Shown here in pieces: positions 34,770 through 46,815 of a stretch of 64,000 bases of DNA. Source of the DNA: Takakia lepidozioides (lineage: Eukaryota > Plantae > Bryophyta); assembly GCA_030704615.1 (NCBI GenBank), contig CM060731.1, positions 88,474,001 to 88,538,000 on the forward strand, written 5' to 3'. The notes under the pieces were generated by a model that was given only the letters and a program-made list of their open reading frames with translations, had not been told where the DNA came from and did no database searches. Position 1 is the stretch's first letter. Every line of letters starts with the position of its first letter. Made by a program: the position numbers and the translations under genes.

Positions 34770-37700
34770 CAGCGTAGCTACGGCGTGAGCCCAGCCCTGT
34801 GAGCCTGGGAGCTGAGCTCACGTTGTAGCTGCAAAGCGCGAGCTGAGCTCACGCTTCAGGGAAGCGTGAGCGGCACAAATCTGCTGGAGAAGTAGGTCCT
34901 ATAGGCGAGGATTGCAGGAAGAGGGCCTAATACCATGGACAAAACAAAGGGGGCCACCATGCACCATGTCTGCAATGCCTGCACAAAAAGAGGAATATGA
35001 AAATATGGCAGATTTGAGCTCAGAATGATTGACACACTTTATTTCAATTCACAGATAGACGCTTACAATGAATGGCATGTGCATTTGCCCTGGTTCCGTG
35101 AACAAAATGTATGTGTTTGTCCTAAATGCAAAGTCTTCACACGGTAAACTAGAAACCAGCATGGGAAGCGGGCATGGCTCGTATGTGTTCAAAGAGAATT
35201 TGGCGAAGCCCTACGTGAGGTGTCCCGCTGCAGAAGGGTGATGACTTCTCCGTAGCCTAGTGTGGCTTGGTGAATGAATTGGTCTCTCTTACCGTCGCAG
35301 CACATAATTACAAGGTATATGTAATATTGATGCTTGCAAGGGACCCACTTCCCTCTCATGCCGAGAGCGCCGTCACGCATCGTTACAAAATCCGGACAAG
35401 TGCACGTAGGGAAATTCCCCACGGTAACCTGATATTCTTTGCCATGAAGAACTAAGCCAATAGATAGCACTGTGTAAATCCGTCCATACCCCGGGGCAGG
35501 GACTTCGGTGATACGAGTGACCCGAGCCTACAAAATTCTAGCCGATTCCATCTTGTAGTCGTGATCTGCACCCAAAGCGACACGGCGCACTGTTTTTCCA
35601 TCTCTTTTTGTTGGGTGGGAGTCGGCACCGGGTGGAGGCATTGCCAGAGCATGTGGCACATCTGTGCCGACAGTGCATGAGGGCACCACCCGGGACCGTG
35701 CAAGACAGAACCCTCCCTCCTCCAGCATGCTTATCTTGGTTGATGATAGCGACGTCCCAAGTTTCACAGGCCAAATTGCGGGGGGAGGGGGCTTCATTAT
35801 CACCAAAGGACAAACTGTTCCCTTGATGCATCGTGCCATATCATCTGGGCAGAACCAGAACTTGTGGTCCTTTGACTCTCCACTATGATAAGGTCGGAAC
35901 AACCCTGTGAATGTTGGAGCTGGAGTCCCCCTAGAGCCTTTGCATATTTTTTGATTTGCATTTCTTGAAAGAGGGGGTCTGAATTGCCATGCAAGCCACT
36001 CTAGATCCTAGTGGGGTGCATTCTATATGCCACTCACTATCAATGCAATCAGATTCATGCACCATGGCCACCACCTCCTCCAATGGGATTCCTGTTGTTG
36101 TGCTTGCATGATCTGCACCTGCTCCACTGGAGGAGGACCTACCTGGGAAGGGGCGGGCACATGACTTAGTCTGCACTGGAGACACCTTTGGTACAGAGAA
36201 ATTGACCCCTGTCCGGCCGATGGGAATCTCCATCCGACCCTGGAGGAGTGTTCAATCTCCTTTTGCATGATCCAAATCTTTCCTCGCCTTCCAAATGGGG
36301 GAGCCTGGATTGCGAAGGGGAGCCTTCAGTGCACCTGTTCAGAGCTCTGGCCATCTTCGATGGGTCTCCGGACCTACTCGCAGCCCTTAGCATCAACAAA
36401 GTCTTAGCATCAACAAAGTCGTATCAAGGCCCTTGCCTCCGCCCCGTCCCATCAGAAAATTGCAGTACTTGGTTTGTTGTGTAAGTGCCCACACCATGTC
36501 ATCAGCAGTGGCCACATACAAGTCACGTCTTGCTTTGGTAGACTGCTGCATCCAGGCGTTGTGAACAGTCTCCGCCAAATTACAGGATGGCATGTCGGCC
36601 AAGTCCTCCAAGGACATGTCCTGCAGGAGGCATTGCATGGAAATGTGAGGAACGAAAGGAAATGGAAGAGGTTATGTAAGTGACAATCCAACAACCCCAA
36701 ACGAACAGGCACGATGCAAAGTGAAATTTGTGTTTCTGGGATTGAAGAGGCTTACCGTCGTCATGAAAACTCCCCATTGTCTGTACCTGAAGTGCCAGAA
36801 AACCAACCAGTCATCCAACTCCTTCAAGTGGATACCAGTAGCAGCACCAGAGGAGAACCACCAAGCCCGGATTGCTTGGTAAGTGCTCTCAGCTTCTCCT
36901 GTTGAGGTGGCATTTTTGTACTTGAGGCAGAGTCTTCTGTGCTCCAACTGGAGGTCAGGGCGAATGCAGCGCTTTGTATGACGTGCCAGAGATTGACTCC
37001 AATGGAAGAGGCATGTGTGCTCCCTATTTTCCATTGGGACCTTAGGATCCCCCGCACCAAACACACGCCGCACTGCATTGAAATTTGCCTGTGCACTATC
37101 AACCATGAAGCTCGCAAAATTTGTGTTCTGCATTCCATTGCGCTGAATGACGGCCAGGAGCGAATTCCACATGAGCATCTGGGATTCAGTGTCCTCCAAC
37201 TGCATATCACAAATTGCTATGGAGAGCACACGCTGGTATGCTGGATCGTAGACATGGCACGCCATGGTTGTCCAACCCTTCACCCGTTTGCAGTGATCAA
37301 ACATTAACCAACATTTAGACAAATCTCCTCCAGGTTGCATTCGGCGGACTATGCTCACAACACTGCCTTCGCCCACTGTGGACATCTTGAACAAATACAC
37401 CTTGGACGAGCCCTGGCCAGGGAAGATACTGTTTTGAATGAATTCACACCGACTCCTCCATTTTAGGTCCATAATGTTGTCCATGAATCCAGCACTGCAT
37501 GTGCCCATTCTGAGTGCATTCACCTGGTTTCGAATATTGGGAGAGCTCAACACGGAGAAATGGTCCATCACTGCATCAAGCGAATCTGCATCCAGCATTG
37601 GTTGTATCGCATCCCCTTCACCCAGTATGTGTTTTTCTAGGAATGCCTTGCTAGCTGCAAGCGCTATAGCAGAAGGTGTTGCAGAAGGGGCATTGTGGAA

Positions 37701-39601
37701 CTCCTGCTTCAGCAGATTTCTAGCGATGTCCACGCTATCCCTGCAACTTCCTTTGGATACAGGATGCTCGTGTGTACCCATATGAATGCAGGCACGAGTC
37801 ATTGTCTTGCATCAGTGTGCCACCTGGTACATACGAGCGTGGCACACAGAAACACAGGATGAAAAAAGTTTGCAGAACCCACACACAAAAGTATTGGTCT
37901 TGGGAGGGGCAAGCCCTGGGGTGAAAGGATTCAGGGGCACACCTTCCCACTCACTTTTGTTTGGTTTAGCGCTGTTTCTCAGGCGAGGGCAAGAAATATT
38001 CACGCACTTGCAATGCCCAACGCAAACTGACCTTCAAAATTTCAATCCAATGTCGTTGTGGATGTTCGATGTTTTTGTCCTACACCAAGGGTGTCCGTCA
38101 TGTTTCTTGTCCATGCCCTGCAGAAGCCCAGCTAGTCCACTGGAAGACGTGGGAGGGTTGAGCTCAAACAAGATGTCCCCATCAAACTCTGCTAGCACGT
38201 ATTAAACCCGCTGCACACGAAGGGACTCCCAATCAACAAAACGCAGCTCGCTCTTGCACCCAGGCACCCCTGCGAGGGCTTTCAATTTCGGAATGACACT
38301 CGTTATCTCCTGCAATTCGTCATCATCCAAGAATGGAGTCTGGACTGGCGGAGGAATCTCAGAAACATCCTCCGAGGACGAGTCTGAAAGAGTCACGAAT
38401 GTAGTGGATGTGCTCACCTCTTGTTTCACATGAACTGTGCCCTTCTGCTGCACGACCAATGCTGCAGTGCCAGGGGTAACTACCGATCCTGCTGATTGTC
38501 TTCTCTCTTTTCCACGGACCCGGTATGTGCCTGGAAGGACTCTCCACTTCCTTCCACACTTGCCAACCAATGGTTTCTCCAAGTGCCCAGAATCCAAATT
38601 CCCATCCTCGTCGTACACCTCTTTTTGAACAAGCAGAGAACCCAATTCCAGAGGGAACACTGTAACCAGCTCATCCTCATGAACAACTGCAAACCCATCA
38701 TCATCTGCAGTGGCAGTCAGTGGAAGACTATCTGCATTGGAATGAAATCGAGCAAGTCTATCTCGCTCCCTGGACATGTTTTCCTAGACTGACCGAACGG
38801 AATCCCCGAACTGATAGCCCGTAATTCTCGAAAGGGGATCCACCCCAAACAAACTGAGGTCAATAAGGGTAGCACTGACCCAAAGATTGCGGGCAATGCA
38901 TGCAAAGGATGTAGGAATGATATGCACCGAACTTCGCAGACAGCCACATTGAGAGACACCAACCAGAAAAACTGTTTTCCAAGACAAGAACTCACAAGAA
39001 GCCGTGCTGTATTTGGATGAAAAACAAACCCTGAACATGACATGAAACCATCCATTATGGAAAGACGACAACAAGCCTGGAGAGCAGCAAACAGGAAGAC
39101 CCCGAATCTAATGAGGTTGTGCTGTGCCAGAAGAGCACAACAGAAATACTGACACTCCAGGAGACACCTCGCACGAATGTGTGCAACACATGACCATTGC
39201 CGACACAACCCTTTATACCAAATGACCCCATTGCAACGGTGACGGCGAAATGCAAACCGCAGGGTAGGCAGTACAACACACGTGGATGCATATGTGAAGC
39301 ATAACAATTATTGCGAATCTGCAAGTACTGCTCGAAATTGAGCTAGCATTAGATTTCTATGGCACTTCCGAATTTGAAAGAATGCAAGAAGGCTGCCATG
39401 TATTGGCAGGCGGCGAAGTACATCTGACATATATCCCAAGTACATGCAACGGATGTACTTTTTTTCTACCACTTTATTTCTTGGATAATACAAAGACGCC
39501 AAAATGGATGAATTCCGTTCGCACACAATGATGACACCCGCATCCAAATACGGTTAACAATGTCCAATTTTTATTTTGGTTACATGTCATAGCAACCCTT
39601 G
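34770..39601. mobile_element. Candidate full extent of Mutator-like element copy 1, with short imperfect inverted termini
   Basis: Left AGCGTAGCTACGGCGTG vs the reverse complement of the right end, AGGGTTGCTATGACATG (12/17). A GTGAGC/GCTCAC cluster lies inside the left end. TSD not convincing. Confidence 0.45.
35189..38777 (-). pseudogene. Mutator-like transposase with GCM-like N-terminal Zn domain and SWIM finger, copy 1 (stops and frameshifts)
   Basis: Contains DGHPWC...CVGHCKC...TRACIHMGTHEHP, MFDHCKR, FMVDSAQANFNAVRRVFG, CLFHW and PSCNLAETVH (D, D, CxxH, E), and the SWIM motif CTCPDF...PCKH. Intron at 36621-36755. Confidence 0.85.
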
Positions 39602-40059
39602 TTGCAAACGTCAAACTGGAGAGCTCTAGAGGCAGTGTGGGGAGCCCTTGTTTCCACCGGAGGAGGAAGAGAAGGAAGTCGTTATACTTCACGAGCACTA
39701 GGGACAGGAATGGAGCCAGATATAGAATGAGGATGGAAAGAATAGACGAAGAGGAAAAGGAGGAATAAGAGGGCAAAGAGGAAAGTTTGGCGATGGAAGA
39801 GCAGGATTCTGGAGAAGAACAGCAGCCCGCCATACTTCCAAGAACAGGTGAGGAGGAGACTGCATCCGAGGGAGAGACGGACGCCGAAGATGATGTTGAT
39901 GCTGGCCTCACGAAGAACCAGATAGTGGAAAAGAGGATGGGGGAGATGCTCTAGAACATGCTCGGCGTAGAGAGCAGTCCGAAGTGCAAAGGGTCTCCGG
40001 CGATTGGGGAGTCTTCTGGAGCACCCAAGAAAAAGGTACAAGTGATGTCCAAACCTACT

Positions 40060-40548
40060 TGGAAGCTCAAATAGAGTGCGGCAACGCACACTGTTTGAGA
40101 CCCACATTTGTGCTTCATTTTTGATGTGAAAATCGGCCACTTTGGGCCTCTCTGTCTGGTTCAATTCACCACTGACTGGAATGTCAATCAGTGTGCGGCA
40201 ACGCACACAGTTTCAGACCCCACTTGTGCTTTCTTTTTTATATGAAAATTGCCTATATACGGCATCTCTCTCTGGTTCAATCCACCCGTATTAAGAAGCA
40301 CAAACAGTGTGCGGCAACGCCGGCCGATTGAGCCCCAACTTTGTGCTTGTTTTTTTATACGAAAATCGGTCCCAAAACGGGCATGTCTGTCTGGTTCAAT
40401 CCTCCACTATTTGGAAACTCAAATAGTGTGCGGCAACGCACACTACTTGAGCCCCAACTTTGTGCTTGTTTTTCATACAAAAATCGTCCACAAACGGGCA
40501 TGTCTGTCTGGTTCAATCCACCACTATTTGGAAGCTCAAACAGTGTGC
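40060..40548 (-). repeat. Five ~117-bp units of the same hairpin satellite as 16190-17276, in the opposite orientation
   Basis: CTCAAA(C/T)AGTGTGCG-GCAA-CGCACACTGTTTGAG at 40066, ~40183, ~40299, 40418 and 40535 (half site). Confidence 0.9.
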
Positions 40549-41159
40549 GGGGGGGTTGCTATTCCATATGCACAGGTTGCGTGCATACATGCACAAAATC
40601 CCTTATTATATATGCATGTGACAAATTTGTATGCACACATTGTAGATTGTATGCAGTGGAGTTATATAACATAGAATACGACGTATTTATTGCATATGCA
40701 AATGTTACATCATATGTATATAGAAATAATAATAATAATAAAAATCTTCGCTAACAAAATCAGTAGTCAATGGTCAAAGATGCATGTGACCACTAACTCC
40801 AACTAATGCACCACCTTAAACTGAAGAGAATACAAGATCCCTGGCCAAAGTAATAGTTTGCAAACTTGTATTCAAGGAAAACAGTTTCATATTAACCAAA
40901 ATATGGACTTTTGTACTAACAAATGCATATGTGTCATGTTTGGAACCACCACATTGCATGTCTGTTTGTAATGCCAAGCAGTTCTATAATTTGAAAACTT
41001 GTATGACAGGTACACAAGTTCCATTTTAACCAAAATAGGAACTTCTGTATTAACAAATGCTATGTGTCATGTTTTGAATAAAGTAGTAACAAGATAATTA
41101 CATGTCACATGCATGAAAATGAACGGCACAAGTTAGAGGTTCTTTTTTTGTGCATTTCA

Positions 41160-44100
41160 TGTGTCGCTACCAATCCTGCTCTGGTGGATCCCTCTGTTTG
41201 TAGCTGGTAAATTCTCCCATAACCTGGCTGAGGCACGTTTCTGAATCCACGAACCTCAGCAATAAGAGTCTCCGCTGACTCTTGGCGACTCAAGTGTCGA
41301 GGAGTCAGATCCCGATGCCGAATGCGCACCCCATAGCGTGTAGTGGGATACTTACCCACAGGAAGGACAACACCTTGATGAATATGTTGTTCCACTGGAA
41401 GTGGTCCCACAGGAAAGTTCAGATCAGGAACGTTGGGAGGATGGACTAGTCGAAAACCTGCAAGGGTCAAGTTGTCCACCTCTTCTTGTGTAAGGTTGGT
41501 TCCAACCTTCACAGGCCACACGTTAGGTATACCCGGTTTTCCCAAGCAATAGGATGGCACGGTCCCTCCAACACACGACAAAACATCTGTGGGGCAAAAC
41601 CAAAAAACTTGCAGTTTTGGTTATTTCATGTTCGGTGCTAGTAACTTGCCAGTGAAGCAAGGTGCAGGACTTCCTTTACCTTTCCTGATGAGCGCTTTGC
41701 ATTTATCCTTGGAAACTCCAACCAAGGCAGAACAACGAACCATGGAAGCAGGACCTGTCCGCTGAATCCTGAACAATGCATCGGAAAAGTCTTGTGTCTC
41801 TCTCACTGGATTTCCCCATTGCATTGGCTGAGGAGGGATAGCAACATGTGGATTTGTCTCACAGAAAGTCGAAGAACCAGGAATGTCATGACTTGATTTG
41901 GAGCTGACAAACCTAGATGGCTGGTGTGGACTGGGCATCCCAGTGGCGCGCACTGGAACAGTCTTTACATTCATATCACACCTCCAAGATTCGTTTGGCC
42001 CACCATGCTCATCGCCTAACTTGCGTTTGACTGGAATAGTGCGATTGTCTCCCTCCAATTGAACCCCCCTTGTGTGCATGGGTGTTCCAGCTACTATGCC
42101 ACGTACAACCTTACCCATTTTTGCTGGGCTATTAGATCTAGCTGCTTGACGCAACATGAGCTCCTCTTTGTCGGGCCCCGTCCCCCATGTCTTTCCTGTG
42201 GTGTGCCTGTAAAATGTTGCCTGCTGCAAAAGAGCTCGTGACATGTCATGCATGGTGGCCTCATATAGATCCACCTTCATTTTTTTCCCATTGCCTGCTG
42301 TCTTCCACCAAGCAGAATGGACTGCCTCAGACAAATTAGTGGTAGGCATATCTGCATCTGCCTCCACATCCATGTCCTCTCTCATCCATTGGCCCCACAT
42401 TCGATATCTGTAGTGCCACCATGCAAGCCATGAATCCAGTTTTGGCAGACTCTTTTCTGCATGCTCCTGAAGAGAGCCACCAAGCCCGAATTGCAATGTA
42501 TGTGGTTGTAGCATCCTCCAAGGTAACACTATCTTTCCATTCATAACAGAGCTGAGTGTGCCTTTCACGGAAGTCCTCCAAGATATAGTCGTTGGTGTGT
42601 CTTCGGAGGCTTTCAACCCAATGATATAAACATGTTCTTTCTTTACCTTCCATTGGGACATTGGGATCAGATCCATAAACCCTTCGAACAGCAACCCAAT
42701 TCGCTCCTGCTGCATCCGCCATGAAGCCAGCAAAATTTGGTTTGTTCAAGCCAACAAGTTTTGCTTGTTCATTGATCATCTCCCAGAATAACACCTGAGC
42801 ATCTGCATCCTCTGTTTTCATATCGCAAATGGCAATGGTCATCATTCGCTTGACATATGGTTCATAGACATGACACGCAAGAGTTGTCCAATCCTTGATG
42901 CGTTTGACATGGTCAAATACTACCCAACTTGTGCGTAGATCCCCCTCACTCATGTGGCGCACAAGATCAACACCACTCCTGGGACCAGCAACAGACATCT
43001 TGAAAACATGGGGGAGATGAGAAGTATGCTGGCCTGGAAGGAGATTGTTGTGAATGAAATGGTATGTACTCAGACGCTTCAACTCCAATATGGACATGAT
43101 GGAATTGACACGTGCAGATGCGACCTTGTTTTTCACATTGGGGCTACAAACATGGGCAAACTCTTCAAGAATATCTTCCAAAGCCTCTCCCTCAAGACGT
43201 ACTGTCTCTGTGCCATCAGCCACAAGAACTTGATCAATCAAGAGCTTTTGGGCCATTGACAAGGAAATAGCTCCTGGGGTCGACCATGGCTTCATCTTAA
43301 CGTGCTCTTGAATCATGCTTGATGCATTTTCCGCAGCCTATTCTCGCCCTTGGCACATGGATGGTTATGAAACCCAACGTGAACTGCAACACGTGTATAT
43401 GTTGGAAGGGAACTTGTGACATAGTACATTCTTGCCCCACAATGCGCCTCACAGAAAGGTCTTTCTTTGCAGAAACTACACTTGAACTAGTTGAATGGAA
43501 CTTGGGCTCCTGCAATGAACACCTTGTCTGCATTGCCTTCCCAATAGCGGTCATTCCGTTCTCCTTCTTTCTTGAAGAAGGGGCAAGTGCTGCTTTGAGC
43601 TTTCCAACACAAAGAACCTTACTACATTTCATATGATCTGGAACACCAGACATATTGTAGGTATTGGTCTTGCACCAAGGATGACCATCAAACTTGCGGT
43701 CCATGCCTTGGAGGGACTGTGAACCACGGTCCGTACGTAGTTTGACCACGGGGGGGAGTTCGTGGATCACTTTTCCATCAAAAGCTCGAGGAAGACACCG
43801 AACACGATGCACTGGAATGTGACTATAGTCCAAGGTAGAAAGCTCTCCTTTTGATCCATTCCTCCGAGCAGTGGCCAAGATACTCAAAATGGACAACACA
43901 CCAGAAGGAAATGCAGATGTAGCCTCCCCTGCTAGTCGTGGAGATGAAGATAAACCCCTCGCAGATTCGACGTGGTGTTGTCCAATGGAGTTTTCCGAGG
44001 CTTCATGTCGTGAAGCAAGACCGTATGAGCAGATGAGGAAGGTTGAGATCCACAAAATACACTCTTAGAAACCTCAACACAATCCGAATTATGAGACCCC

Positions 44101-44360
44101 AAGCTCGCCGAATCTGCAACCTCCTCCTTCAATTTACAACTCCCATTTGTTGCAGCTTGATCGTTCTTTCTTGCAATAGAAGTGTGCCTCTCATATGTGA
44201 CTGTGTATAGCTCGTACCTGTGACACGGTACTTGGAGAAATGTCTGGAAACAACTCCCATTGCTTTTGGCCGTCATTGAAAACTGGAAGCAACACTGTGG
44301 AGGCATCATCATCTCCATCATCCTCCAAAAAAACTGAACCCGGAACAAGTTTGAATGTAT
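41160..44360 (-). pseudogene. Mutator-like GCM-like/DDE transposase, copy 2; frameshifted and truncated before SWIM
   Basis: Contains MDRKFDGHPWCKT...LCVGKLK, VFDHVKR, FMADAAGANWVAVRRVYG, CLYHW, PTTNLSEAVH and WPVKVGTNLT. Similarity ends after GYGRIYQL. Confidence 0.85.
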
Positions 44361-45189
44361 TGCATGACCAAGGTTCTGGGATAATGCACCTGTTTCCATT
44401 GCAAGGATAACGAACCACTTTTGCATCAGGTGGACATGAAAGCAATGCATATTTTGGTGTAGACATTTGGCAATGCCCTCAAAGTTTGAGAGAAGATGCA
44501 AAATGAATGAAAGCGCACATCTTGCAAGACCTTATGCAAATACATTAAATGGCTTACATTACTTATGTGTATCATCAATCCAGAAGGTCCAAATTTTTTG
44601 AGGCATGTGCTCCATCCATATTATTCTCTGACAGAAACAACTAAATGGACTATCCCCTATTTTTAAGACGACGGCGCCGTTGTTGAGATCTTAGAATCCA
44701 ATGTACTGCCTTCTTCTTATGAGCATATGAAACATAAATGCTCTGCATGTTTCCATTTATTTTACAACCAATCGTTGATTAATCGTCCAACTATGAACTG
44801 ACACACTAGATGGCACAATTTATTTACAATCAAATCCCATGACATGTATGTTGATTTGTTCTTTGATTACTCATGTATGAGTAATGAGTACAAGTATTTG
44901 TGGCGACAATTGACTCTAAAACCAATAAATTGATTAAGACACCCATAACAAAATATTTAGTTACTTTATCACTTACTTTATATTGTATTATGAAGGCGCC
45001 GTCACAAAGTAACATGTCAATCGTACAACCATCTTCTGAGGATCCACGTGTAACCCATGTAGTCCAAAAAGCACTAACGCCAGAGTGTATAAAAAAGGTT
45101 CACATTTCAGATTTGGCCAATTTGCCTTTTTAAGGCCTTAGCCTTCGCTACGCCCTCGCCCCCCTTTCCCCCCGCTCTCCTTGGCGGGG

Positions 45190-45246
45190 GCAGGTTTGAA
45201 CCCACAACCTAGTGGAAAATACACCACAACCTTACCAACAAGCCAT
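45190..45246 (-). other. tRNA-like (A box/B box) relic
   Basis: Minus strand reads TGGCTTGTTGGTAA ... GGGTTCAAACCTGC at tRNA-like spacing. No convincing cloverleaf. Confidence 0.4.
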
Positions 45247-45654
45247 GCTCTATTCAATGAAACAACCTCTACTTTTTTGTTAATAAACTGTTTCTATTCA
45301 GTTAAACTTGTTGCCATTACTACATGACTAACCCGATATCATTACTACACTAACGTAGTCTAGTATACTTGCACATTATCCCTTGCCACTCCCCCAAACA
45401 AACACACACAAACTACACAAGCATTTAACACGTCTCTAGTCTCTACACCCTGGAGACTCCCGTTGCGAAGAGGAGACGGAGGCGCCGCATCTCGGCCTTA
45501 TACTATACCACCCCGAGGCAATGAGTTGTTGCGGCGATGGGGAGGAAGAAGGACACTCGAGGGGGAGGCGTTGCTGGTGGTGGTGGTGGTAGAGGCAAGC
45601 TGCGGACGAAGAAGGTAAGTTGTAGTTTTGTTTTTTTTCATGACCTGCACTTAG

Positions 45655-46815
45655 GCATATGCGCCATCGCATAAGCCCCACCAAGCTACTCCTAATCTAG
45701 CACCTCCGCCGGCGCAGATGCCTAAGTCACTTCAACTCTCACAAGTTTGCGAATCTCCACACATACACACAACCGTCTCCGCCGGCGGAGACAGCTCATT
45801 CCCCTTGGTTTTTTCTGATGCTTGGAAGGGCTGGGCTGCCACCTCCGCTGGCGCATACCGTTGGAGCTGGGATGCTCACATGTTTCAAGAAGTGCTCTTC
45901 TACTCCCATCCTGTTTATTTTTTTGCATGCTCATACGTTGCTGATGCTCCGAGCGGGTTGGGCTGGCGTATCCGTCGGCGCACATCTGTGCAGCAGGGCT
46001 GCTCAAATGTTTCAGGAAGTTCTCCCCTTTTCCATCTCCTTTGTTTTTCCGCATGCTCAAAAGTTGCTGATGCTCCGAGTGGGCTGCGCTGGCATATCCG
46101 CCGGCGCATATCCATTGAGTACATTCTTTTTTGCTCAGCTCATAGGTTTCAGGAACCTCCTGCAAGCGTCTCCGCCAGCGGAGACACTTGGAGCTTGGTT
46201 TTTTTTGCATATTCCCTGTGTTACGGAAGCTCCAAGCGCCAAGGCTGCCACCTCTATCAACGCAGACCCGTGCAGCAGGGCTGCTCACATATTTTAGGAA
46301 GTTCTCCCCCCCTTCCATCTCTTTTGTTTCTCCGCATTCTCATAAGTTGTTGATGCTCCGAGCGGGCTGGGCTGCCATATCCGCCGGCGCATACCCATTG
46401 AGCACAATCTTTTTTTGCTTAGCTCCTAGGTTTCAGGAACCTCATGCAAGCATCTCCGCCGGCGGAGATGCTTGGAGCTTGGTTTTTTGTTGTATATTCC
46501 TTGTGTTACGTAAGCTCCAAAGTGTCGAGGCTGCCACCTCCGTCGGCGCAGACGCTTGGGGAACCTTCCCTATTTTGGTTGATCACAGTATTCAAGTATC
46601 TCAAAGCTTCTACGTTGCCACCTCCACAACTCCACATGCTTCCATAGGCCTAGTTTGATCTTTCAAGGTGCTCCTGTATGTTTGGCTACAACCTCCCTTC
46701 CATGGTATGCGCCGGCGCATATGCTTGGAGCTCCTTGAGCAAAAATTTCTTCAAGGGCCTCAAATCTTGTCAAATTTTGAGTTGGTTGCACATATGTGTC
46801 ATATGCGCCGGCGTA
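45655..46815. repeat. Composite tandem repeat carrying about 12 CGCCGGCG-core palindromes (up to ATGCGCCGGCGCAT)
   Basis: Cores at 45708, 45781, 45847, 45974, 46100, 46174, 46256, 46383, 46458, 46542, 46711 and 46807. ~127-bp and ~283-bp units are visible. Confidence 0.85.

Noticed and set aside
39600-40050. Acidic coding-like fragment (a similar one is at 18353-18538, minus strand)
   Set aside because: Short, interrupted by stops and without a recognisable motif; no call can be supported.
15592-40548. One 25-kb element with the two inverted satellite arrays as long TIRs
   Set aside because: The arrays are clearly diverged from each other and no TSD or defined outer ends are visible. Unsupported, though not excluded.
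45718-46658. ORFs of 150-210 aa
   Set aside because: They fall within the tandem repeat and show no protein-like conservation.
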